64,000 bases of DNA from an uncultured Desulfobacterales bacterium (GTDB taxonomy: Bacteria; Desulfobacterota; Desulfobacteria; Desulfobacterales; B30-G6): contig CAYVMI010000018.1 in assembly GCA_964452555.1 (NCBI GenBank), positions 32,329 through 96,328 on the forward strand. Direction: 5' to 3'. Both the position numbers and the translations under genes were made by a program. The notes under the pieces were generated by a model, which made no database searches, was not told the DNA's origin, and saw only the letters and a list, made by a program, of their open reading frames with translations. This document shows, piece by piece, positions 1 through 8,794 of the stretch. How positions within the stretch are numbered: position 1 is the stretch's first letter; each line of letters starts with the position of its first letter.

Positions 1-643
1 CGTCGTCGTCCACGCCGCAAAGCCCCGGACAGCTGTCATCGTTCATGTCGCCGGGCGGATCTTCGTCCACATTGTTGTCGCCGTCATCGTCTATTCCGTT
101 AATAGGATCATCGTTCCGGCTGCTGCTCTCATCATCTGAATCCGACCCATCCCCTCCATCCACCTCGCCACTTCCGCTATCATCAATTAAATAAATGCCC
201 GCAACCGCATCATAATTCAGGTCATCGGAAACATCTTCATCCACCAGTCCATCCTTGTCGTCATCGGCATCCGGAATTCCGTCCTGGTTCAAGTCGATAT
301 AGAGCGGCAGGGCCACCGCCAATACCGCCGTGTATTTGGTGCTGTCGTCCGTGGGCGGCGTGGGGGGTACGGTTTCCTCACGGATATTTTCGGCCCAGTT
401 GGTGCTATCCTTGTCGTTCAGGGGCAGCTGGAGATAGCGGGTATGGCTCACCGCCTTGACCATGCGCTGCATGGCAAAACGGGCCTGCCGCGTGAGGGCG
501 TTGATCTCCCGGCTGCGGTCATAGGATTGCATGGCATGCCCCACCAGCTCGGACAAGCCCAGGACCAGTATGGCCCCCATACTGATGGCCGCCAGCAGTT
601 CGATCAGGGTCAAGCCATTGTTATTTTTGATTCCGTACCGCAT
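1..643 (-). CDS. Minor pseudopilin (prepilin-type N-terminal cleavage/methylation domain) followed by acidic thrombospondin-type-3-like repeats; N-terminal part only, C-terminus lies beyond window start
   Basis: Absent from ORF track because it runs off the edge. Own translation from ATG 643..641: MRYGIKNNNG-LTLIELLAAISMGAILVLGL (G/LTLIE motif + hydrophobic helix), later DLNQDGIPDADDDKDGLVDED and DDDGDNNVDEDPPGDMNDDSCPGLCGVDDD; frame open to position 1. Confidence 0.75.
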   Translation of the reverse strand, partial: MRYGIKNNNGLTLIELLAAISMGAILVLGLSELVGHAMQSYDRSREINALTRQARFAMQRMVKAVSHTRYLQLPLNDKDSTNWAENIREETVPPTPPTDDSTKYTAVLAVALPLYIDLNQDGIPDADDDKDGLVDEDVSDDLNYDAVAGIYLIDDSGSGEVDGGDGSDSDDESSSRNDDPINGIDDDGDNNVDEDPPGDMNDDSCPGLCGVDDD

Positions 644-732
644 GGATTTTGTGTTTGGTATTTCATGTTTTGTGTTTCGTGGTACGGGTTTGTGTTATGA
701 GTCTTAGCACCCCAACGTCATAACCACTGATT

Positions 733-812
733 GTCGTTCCCGCGGAAGCGGGAAACCAGACAGAGCCTCTCGCTAAAAGCTTATCCTGGATCCCCGATTT
801 CTCGGGGATGAC
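733..812 (+). repeat. Dual-hairpin REP-like element, copy A
   Basis: gtcgTTCCCGCggaaGCGGGAAaccag ... cctgGATCCCCGatttCTCGGGGATgac; same two-hairpin layout as 4149..4234. Track ORF 663..902 is just its translation (WFPASAGTT, VIPEKSGIQ). Confidence 0.8.
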
Positions 813-1027
813 AACCGGAGACGGCTGGGATGCTGTAAGCCATGTCCTGCAACCCGAATCCCGGAACTCGTAACCCGGAACTTGAATCCTACACCCCTTC
901 AAACCTCCACCCCTACAACCCTTTATGAAAGCCTAATAGCCTAAATCTTCTGTCTCCTGTCTTCTGACTCCCCAGGCCACCATAACCCAGAGCCTGCCGA
1001 AGGGCGACGGCGGCTGACTCCTGAATT

Positions 1028-1474
1028 CTATCTTTTCGTCAACGTCTCCATCCCCTCCAGCGTATTCTCTATCTGCACCCGCGCCCACAGCAGACCGTCA
1101 TCCACCCCGGTAAAGTTGTCGTCATCGGCATCGGCATTGTCGCCGTCATAGCGCGCCAGAAAAACCAATAGGCGCCGCTCGGTACCGGCGGCGTCCGAAT
1201 AGGCCGCCACAATCACACCCGGCCCGCCGGCTGCGTCAGCCGCTGCCTGCAGTTCATCGAAGGGCTTGGCCAGGACTTCCTCCAGTTTCCCGGATATGCG
1301 ATAATGGTCGACCGCTCGGATTTCGTGGATATCACCGCCTTGGACACCCCCGAATACCGCGCTGATGGCCGGTATCAAAGTCAGAGCAATTAGTATCACC
1401 GCCACCAGCACTTCCACATAGGAAAATCCTTTTTCTATTTTTAACCAATTAAAATTATTTGAAAAAAAATTCAT
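1028..1474 (-). CDS. Minor pseudopilin (GspI/PilV-like, prepilin-type N-terminal domain)
   Basis: Internal start of track ORF 1028..1633: MNFFSNNFNWLKIEKG-FSYVEVLVAVILIALTLIPAI; ATG 1474..1472 overlaps upstream stop as ATGA. Confidence 0.75.
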   Translation of the reverse strand: MNFFSNNFNWLKIEKGFSYVEVLVAVILIALTLIPAISAVFGGVQGGDIHEIRAVDHYRISGKLEEVLAKPFDELQAAADAAGGPGVIVAAYSDAAGTERRLLVFLARYDGDNADADDDNFTGVDDGLLWARVQIENTLEGMETLTKR

Positions 1475-2019
1475 TGCACCGTAACCCTCCCGCTGATGCC
1501 GTGCAAGGTTACCACACGGGATATGGCCCCGGCTGAAAAAGTTATGTCCAGCTGGTTCACCAGTACGTCTGACGGATCGGCACACCAGGGGGTGCCGTTG
1601 GCATCGAAATACGTATTGCCGGCGACGCTGCAATTTCCACGAAATGAAATTGCACGGTTTACACTTTCAGAATAGGCAAACCTATGCGAAGCCAGATCGA
1701 TGTCGTAGAGATTTTTACTTAAAGGATGGTAAACGTCGTATATCGGCGTCCAGGGATTGGTGGTGGTGTCCAGACGAAATACGCGGATGCGGGTGACTTC
1801 CGCGCCCGCTATATTTCGAAACCCAAAGGGCGCCCCCTGCTGCATGGCCAGGCTGCGGGCATAGCGCATGCTCTGCGCAAATTCTTCGGCCGCCAGCTCC
1901 AACTTGGCGTGGCCGCCGACCGAAAAACTGGGGATCGCCAACATGGCGGCGAACCCCAGGATAGTAATCACCAGCAGCAGCTCAACCAGACTCAGACCAG
2001 CCTGTGCAGGCGCCTTCAT
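1471..2019 (-). CDS. GspH/FimT-family pseudopilin
   Basis: MKAPAQAG-LSLVELLLVITILGFAAMLAIPSF prepilin motif; 182 aa; in pilin gene run. Confidence 0.8.
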   Translation of the reverse strand: MKAPAQAGLSLVELLLVITILGFAAMLAIPSFSVGGHAKLELAAEEFAQSMRYARSLAMQQGAPFGFRNIAGAEVTRIRVFRLDTTTNPWTPIYDVYHPLSKNLYDIDLASHRFAYSESVNRAISFRGNCSVAGNTYFDANGTPWCADPSDVLVNQLDITFSAGAISRVVTLHGISGRVTVQ

Positions 2020-2024
2020 GCCAT

Positions 2025-2573
2025 TTACAAGGTGTCGTGGGCACCGTTGTCGGCGGCAATGAGCACACCGGTTACGGGATAAAATTTCCAGCCAAAATCC
2101 TGCCCAGCCGAACTTCTGACCGTAATGTCGGCCTCGTCAAAATCGGCCGTGACATCTGTTTTATTGTTATACGGGTTTGTGGGCAGGGTTTGTTTTTTCA
2201 GGTAGGGTCCGTAAATGAATGCCCCTCCCTTAGTGTCTGCGGTCTGACCATCCACGTCCGTATACCGAGTCAATTGGGGCACGATGGCCGCGATGGCTTC
2301 GGCATCCGAGGCCGTGGCCGCCCCGTCGGTATGTTTGGTGGATCCGGGATACTTGCTGTCATGCTGATGGTAATAGAGCTCGACGGCATTGCGCAAGGCG
2401 CTCAGGTTGGTTGACAGCGTGTTGAGTTTGGCATCCTCGGTCGAAACCGCCACCTGCGGAATGATGATCATGGCCAGAATACCCAGCACGATCACGACAA
2501 TCAACATCTCGATCAGGGTAAAACCGGACTGTTTCCGTAGCAATCTCAACCCCTTGTCTATGGACGTTTTCAT
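2025..2573 (-). CDS. Major pilin / GspG-like pseudopilin
   Basis: MKTSIDKGLRLLRKQSG-FTLIEMLIVVIVLGILAMIIIPQ; start moved to ATG 2573 which has AAGGAG 9 nt upstream. Confidence 0.85.
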   Translation of the reverse strand: MKTSIDKGLRLLRKQSGFTLIEMLIVVIVLGILAMIIIPQVAVSTEDAKLNTLSTNLSALRNAVELYYHQHDSKYPGSTKHTDGAATASDAEAIAAIVPQLTRYTDVDGQTADTKGGAFIYGPYLKKQTLPTNPYNNKTDVTADFDEADITVRSSAGQDFGWKFYPVTGVLIAADNGAHDTL

Positions 2574-2675
2574 GACTTGTGTCTCCTTACACATACAGGT
2601 TTTCTTCCTTAAATCTCTCTGTAAATATATATCGGCAGTTTATTGAAATCCTTTAGTAAAAAAGTTAAAGGGTGG

Positions 2676-2836
2676 GAAGCAGGAGTCAGAAAACAGCAGG
2701 CTGTAGGCTGAAGACTGTTAGGCTGTTTGGCGCCAGATGTTGACCCGTAATCCGAAATACAAACCCGAAACTCGCAACACACAACCCGATTCTGAATTCT
2801 GACTCCTGAATTCTGTCTTCTGACGCCTGTTTTCTG
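2676..2836. repeat. Low-complexity word-tile spacer with inverted words (caggagtcag / ctgactcctg; aaaacagcagg / cctgttttctg) plus aggct- and aacccg-type tiles
   Basis: Read directly; words and their reverse complements occur within 160 nt between gspF-like stop and pilin start. Confidence 0.7.
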
Positions 2837-2843
2837 TTTCGAA

Positions 2844-3995
2844 TCAATGCAAGGCTTGCGATAACTTGAACAATGGCAAAATAATCGAAGAAACTATCAC
2901 CCCCACAATCCCTCCCATCACGATCAAGGCAATCGGCTCGATCAGGGAGGCAAATTTCTTTAATTCCTGTTCGATCTCCATATCGTAAAACCGGACCAGC
3001 CGCATGAGCACCTCCGGCAGCTTACCCGCCTCTTCACCGATGGCCACCATCTGTTTCACGGTTTGAGGAATATAGGCGTACGTGGCGAAAGGCTGGGAAA
3101 ACCGCCCACCTTGATCGATATGCGTGCGGATACGCTCAACAAATTGACGGTAGTACTGATTCCAAATGGTGGGACGGGTTACGTCCATGGCTTCCAGCAG
3201 GGGTACATGGCTGTCCATGAGGTATCCCAGGGTTCTTAGCATTTCGCAGGTATATATCTTGTTCGCCAGACCGGATATGAGCGGACCGCTGATTAATACT
3301 TTGTCCAATATGCGCCGCCCCCAGGGGCTTTTGACAAACAGCATACCCCCAAAAGCAATTCCGATACTACCCAGGATGTAAACCCACCAGTACAACCGTA
3401 ACGAATCGCTGGCAGCCATGAGCAAACGTGTGGATAGGGGCAATAGGTCTTCCTTGCCTTCAAAAAATGCCGTAAACTTGGGCAGCACCGCCACCAGCAC
3501 AAATACCACCACGATCATACCAAACAGCATCAAGACCCCCGGATAGGTCAAGGCAGAGCGCAGTTGGGTCATAACGGCCTGCCGCTTTTCCTGCATCTCC
3601 ACCACCCGATCCAGAATCTTTTTAAGAAATCCGCCGGTCTCACCGGCCCGAATCATGCTGACGGTCTGTTGGTTGAATATCTTGGGGTGGCCCTGCATGG
3701 CTTCCGACAATTGACGCCCGGCCTCGATCCTCCCCGCCATATCCAGGATTGCCGCTCGAAACATTGGATTTTGAACCTCTTCGGCCACAGACTTCAAGGC
3801 CACTGTCAGAGGGGTGCCGATTTCAAGCATTAAGGCCAGCTGCGTGTTGAAAAACATCACCTCCTTGGCTGTGGCGTGCTTTTTAAACCGCTCCAGGAGA
3901 TCGCCCTGCGTAAACCCGATCTTTGGCTTCTTGATTTTAGAACCGTTTAGTGCGGCCGTATTCACGGCACCATTTGTATTAAAATTGAGAGCCAT
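2844..3995 (-). CDS. Type II secretion/type IV pilus platform protein (GspF/PilC family)
   Basis: 383 aa, duplicated GspF-type domain, three hydrophobic segments, typical ...MIRAGETGG... and ...MVAIGEEAGKL... motifs. Confidence 0.9.
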   Translation of the reverse strand: MALNFNTNGAVNTAALNGSKIKKPKIGFTQGDLLERFKKHATAKEVMFFNTQLALMLEIGTPLTVALKSVAEEVQNPMFRAAILDMAGRIEAGRQLSEAMQGHPKIFNQQTVSMIRAGETGGFLKKILDRVVEMQEKRQAVMTQLRSALTYPGVLMLFGMIVVVFVLVAVLPKFTAFFEGKEDLLPLSTRLLMAASDSLRLYWWVYILGSIGIAFGGMLFVKSPWGRRILDKVLISGPLISGLANKIYTCEMLRTLGYLMDSHVPLLEAMDVTRPTIWNQYYRQFVERIRTHIDQGGRFSQPFATYAYIPQTVKQMVAIGEEAGKLPEVLMRLVRFYDMEIEQELKKFASLIEPIALIVMGGIVGVIVSSIILPLFKLSQALH

Positions 3996-4148
3996 AATAC
4001 TACTTTAGCCTTTTAGGTATTTAGACTGTAGGCAGTAGGCGTTCAACCGCCGAAGAGCCTATTAATTCTGCTTAATGCTTCATTTGCCTTAAGCTATAAG
4101 CAACTGTGGCATTTGCCTTAGTGCTTAAAGCTGAACTCGCCCCTTCCT

Positions 4149-4234
4149 GTCATTCCCTCGGAAGAGGGAATCCAGTCAACACCGTCTGCTAATAGCTAAA
4201 GGCTTTTCTGGATCCCCGATTGCTCGGGGATGAC
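4149..4234 (+). repeat. Dual-hairpin REP-like element, copy B
   Basis: gtcATTCCCTCggaaGAGGGAATccag ... ctgGATCCCCGattgCTCGGGGATgac; the first stem differs from copy A by a compensatory pair (G-C to T-A). Confidence 0.85.
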
Positions 4235-4405
4235 ATCCGTATGTTGGGATGTTCGATGTTAAAGCAGTTTATGCTGGATACTGCTTTAGCTTTTTAGGTG
4301 TTTAGACTGTAGGCTGTAGGCGTTTAACCGCCTAACAGTCAAAAAGTCTTCAGCCTAACAGCCTTGACTCCTGAATTCTGTCTTCTGACTTCTGTCTCCT
4401 GTCTC

Positions 4406-4615
4406 CTAAACTAACGATCTCGCCTTCTTCACATCCCCCACCAGCTCGATGTTGCCGCAGTCCAGACACATAAAACCTTTTACAGCCAAGTCGGCTGTCT
4501 GCATCGCAAAAAAATTGACGCTATCCGGTCGAAAATATACCCTGCCGGATGATTGAGCCTTACCCGCGGCCATTTTTTTGCTGCCGCATCGCAAACAAGA
4601 TTTTTGATCGGTCAT
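4406..4615 (-). CDS. Small zinc-ribbon protein (CxxC ... CxxC), function unknown
   Basis: 69 aa; CLRCGS ... CLDCGN pairs; isolated between two repeat-filled spacers inside the pilus operon. Confidence 0.5.
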   Translation of the reverse strand: MTDQKSCLRCGSKKMAAGKAQSSGRVYFRPDSVNFFAMQTADLAVKGFMCLDCGNIELVGDVKKARSLV

Positions 4616-4835
4616 GGTTGTTGTCTCTTTTCCTTGGTTTTTATTAATGTCGTATTCTCATTCCCCATTTTATCGAAATGAAAAGTAAAGGCCAGGATGC
4701 CGGATGCTTGATCCTTGATGCTAGTTGCTGGATGCTGGTCAACCCGCAACCCAATTCCCGTAACCCTTCACACCTCCAAACCTACACCCTCCAACCCTCT
4801 CTAACAGCCTAACAGTCTTCAGCCTAATAGCCTGG

Positions 4836-6542
4836 TTAAATGTCCAACGACGACACCCGATGCACCTCCTCAATCGTGGTCTGGTGCTCGAGCACCTTTT
4901 GATACCCCGCCGTCTTAAGACCGCGATATCCGTTGGTGTTACAGTGCTTTCGGATCTCATCGATGGTGGGATTCTCCAGGATCAGGGTTTGCAAATCCGC
5001 ATCCATGGTCAAGAGTTCATGGATGCCGGTCCGGCCTTTGAATCCGGAGTCGTAGCATGCGCGGCAGCCTTCACCCCGATACAGCTTTTGACGCTTTTTA
5101 GCATCGATTCCCAACGCGGTCATTTCAACCTCCGAGGGGAAATAAGCCGCTTTGCACTCCGGGCATATGGTCCGCACCAGACGCTGGGACAGAGCCGCCA
5201 GCAGAGACGACGACAGCAGATAAGGCTCGATCCCCATCTCCAGCAGCCGCGTGATGGAGCTGGGGCTGTCATTGGTATGCAAGGTGGAAAGCACCAGATG
5301 ACCGGTCAGCGAAGCCTGAATTGCGATCTCGGCTGTCTCCCGGTCGCGGATCTCCCCCACCATAATCACGTCCGGGTCCTGCCGCAGGGCATGCCGGATA
5401 AAAGTGGCAAACTTGAGTCCGATGGCCGCATTGACCTGGTTTTGGTTGATATCGGCGATCTGGTATTCCACCGGATCTTCCACCGTGATGATATTGCGCT
5501 CGGGAGTGTTCAGCAGCGAAACTCCTGAATACAGGGTCGTGGTCTTGCCGCTGCCGGTGGGTCCGCATACCAGGATGAGACCATGGGAAGACCGCACAAG
5601 CGATTTAAATGTTTCCAACAAATCTTCGTCGAAACCCAGGCTGTTCAAATCCAGGATCGCCTGGCTGCGATCGAGGATCCGCATGACCACCTTTTCACCG
5701 TATACCCCCGGCATGGATGAAAAGCGCAGATCCACCACTTTGCCGTCCGCCACCACCTGGATACGACCATCCTGGGGCAGGCGTCTTTCGGCAATATTCA
5801 GCTTGGACATGACTTTCAGCCTGGAAACCACGGCCGGATGCAGCTCGATTTTTTGGGGGCGCTGTTCATACAACATACCGTCCACGCGCACCCGAATACG
5901 TAAGCGGTCTTCCTGGGGTTCGATGTGGATATCGCTGGCGCCGTCTCGTATGGCACGCAACAAAATCAAATTGGCGAGATTGACGATGGGGCTGTCCTCA
6001 GCCATTTCTGCCAGTTCAGCTATTTCAGCCTCGGAACGCCCCTCCACCACATCGATGCTGGATTCATCGGCGCTGGACATGAGTTCATCGATGCTGGCAT
6101 CTCCCTGATAGGCCTGGGGAATCGCCTCTAAAATATCTTCGGAACGACAGATGACCGGCTGAACCTCAAGATTGGTTATTTTGCGCACTTCATCAAAAAC
6201 ATTAAACCCATAGGGGTCCGATGTTGCCAGGGTGATCACTCCGTTGACCACAAACATGGGCAGAACCTGGTAATGGAGGGCTTTTTCCTTGGGTAGAATT
6301 TGGACGATCTTGGGATCCACCAGGCCTTTGCGCAGCCAGACATGCGGAATCCCCATCTGCTCACCCAGGGCCTTGGACAGTTCCTCCTTGGTTAAGATGC
6401 CCTCATCGATCAGCAGCTGTCCTAAGGGTTTGCCGGTTTCCTTTTGCAGACGCAATAAGCTGGTTAGTTTTTCCGGTTCAACCTTGCCGCTTTGAACCAG
6501 AATTTCCCCCAGCTTCCTTCTTTTTTTGATGATGCGCGTCAT
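4836..6542 (-). CDS. GspE/PilB/MshE-family secretion ATPase with N-terminal MshEN-type c-di-GMP-binding domain
   Basis: 568 aa; Walker A GPTGSGKTTT, Asp/His boxes, tetracysteine CPECK...CRAC; N-terminus carries two 24-residue MshEN-like motifs (see findings). Confidence 0.95.
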   Translation of the reverse strand: MTRIIKKRRKLGEILVQSGKVEPEKLTSLLRLQKETGKPLGQLLIDEGILTKEELSKALGEQMGIPHVWLRKGLVDPKIVQILPKEKALHYQVLPMFVVNGVITLATSDPYGFNVFDEVRKITNLEVQPVICRSEDILEAIPQAYQGDASIDELMSSADESSIDVVEGRSEAEIAELAEMAEDSPIVNLANLILLRAIRDGASDIHIEPQEDRLRIRVRVDGMLYEQRPQKIELHPAVVSRLKVMSKLNIAERRLPQDGRIQVVADGKVVDLRFSSMPGVYGEKVVMRILDRSQAILDLNSLGFDEDLLETFKSLVRSSHGLILVCGPTGSGKTTTLYSGVSLLNTPERNIITVEDPVEYQIADINQNQVNAAIGLKFATFIRHALRQDPDVIMVGEIRDRETAEIAIQASLTGHLVLSTLHTNDSPSSITRLLEMGIEPYLLSSSLLAALSQRLVRTICPECKAAYFPSEVEMTALGIDAKKRQKLYRGEGCRACYDSGFKGRTGIHELLTMDADLQTLILENPTIDEIRKHCNTNGYRGLKTAGYQKVLEHQTTIEEVHRVSSLDI

Positions 6543-6907
6543 GATCTCTTGTGGGCCAGGGCTTCGTTGATATCCTTGTAAACAAACAGTATGTTAATAA
6601 TGCGCGTGGCCAAAAGAATATCCCGACAGACTTCATTCAGGCCGGCGATTTTAAGGGCACCCCCATTCTGCATTAGATTATCATGGGTTTCCACCAGCAA
6701 CTCCAAAGCCGCGCTGTCCAGGTGATCCACCTTTTTTAAATCCAGGATGATTTCTGTATGGCCGGCGTATATTTTCTCCTTGATTTTTTTATCTAGGTTC
6801 TCACAATTTTCCCAGGTGATCGATTGCTTCAGGGCCAGAGCCGCACGCCCGTCGATATTAACGCTTTTGACGGAATCCCCCTCCTGAGCTTGTGGTTTAG
6901 TTGGCAT
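6539..6907 (-). CDS. STAS-domain protein (anti-sigma-factor-antagonist fold)
   Basis: Internal start of track ORF 6539..7252: MPTKPQ...ILDLKKVDHLDSAALELLVE...GGALKIAGLN; GGAGAGGTG SD upstream of ATG 6907; stop overlaps ATPase start (ATGA). Confidence 0.85.
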   Translation of the reverse strand: MPTKPQAQEGDSVKSVNIDGRAALALKQSITWENCENLDKKIKEKIYAGHTEIILDLKKVDHLDSAALELLVETHDNLMQNGGALKIAGLNEVCRDILLATRIINILFVYKDINEALAHKRS

Positions 6908-8417
6908 AAGACACCTCTCCCACCAGGTAGCCGGCCTCATCCACGATTTGGCTAAATACGGACACAATCTTGGGATCCAACTGACTGCCGGCCACTTCTT
7001 TAACGATAGACAAAGCTTTGTATAATGATTTGGCCGACCGGTAGGACCGGGTGGAACTGATGGCATCGAAAGTGTCGGCCACTGCGATAATTCGGGCTGA
7101 TAGGGGAATCTGCAGACGGGCCAGACCGCTTGGATATCCGTTGCCGTCATAACGTTCATGGTGATGCAGGATGCCGGGCAGAGACTCCACCAACTGTTCC
7201 ACCGGCTTGAGAATCTCAAATCCCTTGGCCGGGTGGTCTTTGACAACCTCAAACTCCTCCTCGGTCAATTTGCCGGGTTTGTTCAGAATGGTCTCCGGGA
7301 TACCGATTTTGCCGATATCGTGTAAAATTGAGGCCCAGCGAAGCGCCTCCAGTTCACCACCCTGCATACCCAATTTCCTCCCTATTTGCATGGAATACTG
7401 GGAAACGCGCTCAGAATGACCCCGGGTGTAAACGTCTTTAGCCTCGATGGCAAAGACCAGCGACTTGACCATGTTGATGATAAATACTTCCAGGTCCTGG
7501 TACAGGTTGGTGTTTGCAATCACTACACTTAACTGTTCAGCCAGAGAAACCAAAAGCTGCAATTCACCCTGGCGGAAAATTTCATTCATATTAAAGGATA
7601 CCAGCCCCAGCCAGCCATAGAATCCTTCTTCATGGTCGATCCGGACTGCCAGGAAACGGAACTCTGTCTGGGAGAATGATCGGTAGACCGGATTTGAACC
7701 GGATCGATTGACTATAAAATACTTGTCTCCGGTTGAGATAATCTCCTCGGGGATGGAATCAATCAGCCTGTGATAGAAACTCATATCTTCCCTTAGGTGA
7801 TCATCAAGGTTAGGTTGAGCAACCAGCGTATTGTATTCGGGACTATCGTTTAAGATAGCAAAGGCAGCATCTGAACGCAGGTTGATCAGCAAACTTTTGA
7901 TCAAGCTTTCCAGCATTGTGTTGGAAAATTTCAGCGTCTTGATCTGCGATGCGATTTTACCGTAAAGGAAAAGATCTTCAAAAGACTGGTCCAGCTCTTC
8001 GGCCAGGTCATTGACCTCTTCCCGCGCCTCCCAGCTTTCCTGAAGCAGCTTGGCCAAACTACCCAGAAAATTTTCCATCTCCATGGCATGTTGCCAAACA
8101 CGGGGGTCGTCAGATGCCTCCGTGGCCTGGGTACGGCTCTCATCCTCATAAGCGATCAAGGTTCCAAAGGGACCTTTTCCGTTGGACAATGGATACCCGC
8201 ACATGAATTGGCGGCCGTTATATAGGTCATGCTGATAGCGATTTTCCCTCAACACAATTTTAGACAAACCTTGAATCGCTTGGTTAAAGCTTGGATCCGT
8301 ATCATTCTGCTCCGGGTCGGGATACAGCATATGGCCGTTAAGATCCCATACCTGATAATGTAGTTGACTGATGGGTGTCAGATTTGTCAGAAATTCTTTC
8401 AGCTCGGTCAATTCCAT
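6897..8417 (-). CDS. HD-GYP c-di-GMP phosphodiesterase with N-terminal sensory (GAF-like) region
   Basis: HSERV...LHDIGKIGIP...HHERYDGNGYPSGL motifs. Confidence 0.9.
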   Translation of the reverse strand: MELTELKEFLTNLTPISQLHYQVWDLNGHMLYPDPEQNDTDPSFNQAIQGLSKIVLRENRYQHDLYNGRQFMCGYPLSNGKGPFGTLIAYEDESRTQATEASDDPRVWQHAMEMENFLGSLAKLLQESWEAREEVNDLAEELDQSFEDLFLYGKIASQIKTLKFSNTMLESLIKSLLINLRSDAAFAILNDSPEYNTLVAQPNLDDHLREDMSFYHRLIDSIPEEIISTGDKYFIVNRSGSNPVYRSFSQTEFRFLAVRIDHEEGFYGWLGLVSFNMNEIFRQGELQLLVSLAEQLSVVIANTNLYQDLEVFIINMVKSLVFAIEAKDVYTRGHSERVSQYSMQIGRKLGMQGGELEALRWASILHDIGKIGIPETILNKPGKLTEEEFEVVKDHPAKGFEILKPVEQLVESLPGILHHHERYDGNGYPSGLARLQIPLSARIIAVADTFDAISSTRSYRSAKSLYKALSIVKEVAGSQLDPKIVSVFSQIVDEAGYLVGEVSYAN

Positions 8418-8794
8418 TAGGTGGTTTCCCCATTGTATGCTTGTATATTCTGTAATATTTCCATTGGGCTGAATGGCTTTTCCAGTAATATGGTATCTTG
8501 CAGCTCTTTGACCCAGATAATGTCTTGCGGATCTATACGGGCGGTCACCACGATGGTCAGAAAAGGTTTCTCCTTTTTAAGCGGGTTGGTTCGAATGCAA
8601 AGCGTTTTGCCGTCCATTATGGGCATATTGATGTCGGTTATGACCACATGGGGCCGGTTCTCTTGAATCAATTCCAGAGCTTCCTGCCCGTTTTTGGCCA
8701 TGACTACCCGCATACCCTGCTTTTTGAGTTTGATTTCCAAAACCCGGCGGATATGGGCTTCATCGTCTACTATAAGTGCCGTTTTAATCGTCAA
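8417..8794 (-). CDS. Single-domain response regulator (CheY-like receiver)
   Basis: ALIVDDE...VVITDINMPIMDG...; I prefer the TTG start at 8794 (GGAGGA 8 nt upstream, 11-nt overlap with kinase) over track ATG 8851 (68-nt overlap). Confidence 0.8.
   Translation of the reverse strand: MTIKTALIVDDEAHIRRVLEIKLKKQGMRVVMAKNGQEALELIQENRPHVVITDINMPIMDGKTLCIRTNPLKKEKPFLTIVVTARIDPQDIIWVKELQDTILLEKPFSPMEILQNIQAYNGETT

Noticed and set aside
443-902. Track ORFs 443..700 (+) and 663..902 (-)
   Set aside because: The first is antisense to the clear prepilin N-terminus. The second is simply the translation of the REP-like hairpins and word tiles.
6539-7252. 237-aa version of the STAS ORF
   Set aside because: Its first 115 residues overlap the HD-GYP gene in another frame and look non-protein-like. 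The ATG at 6907 with a strong SD gives a normal 122-aa STAS domain.
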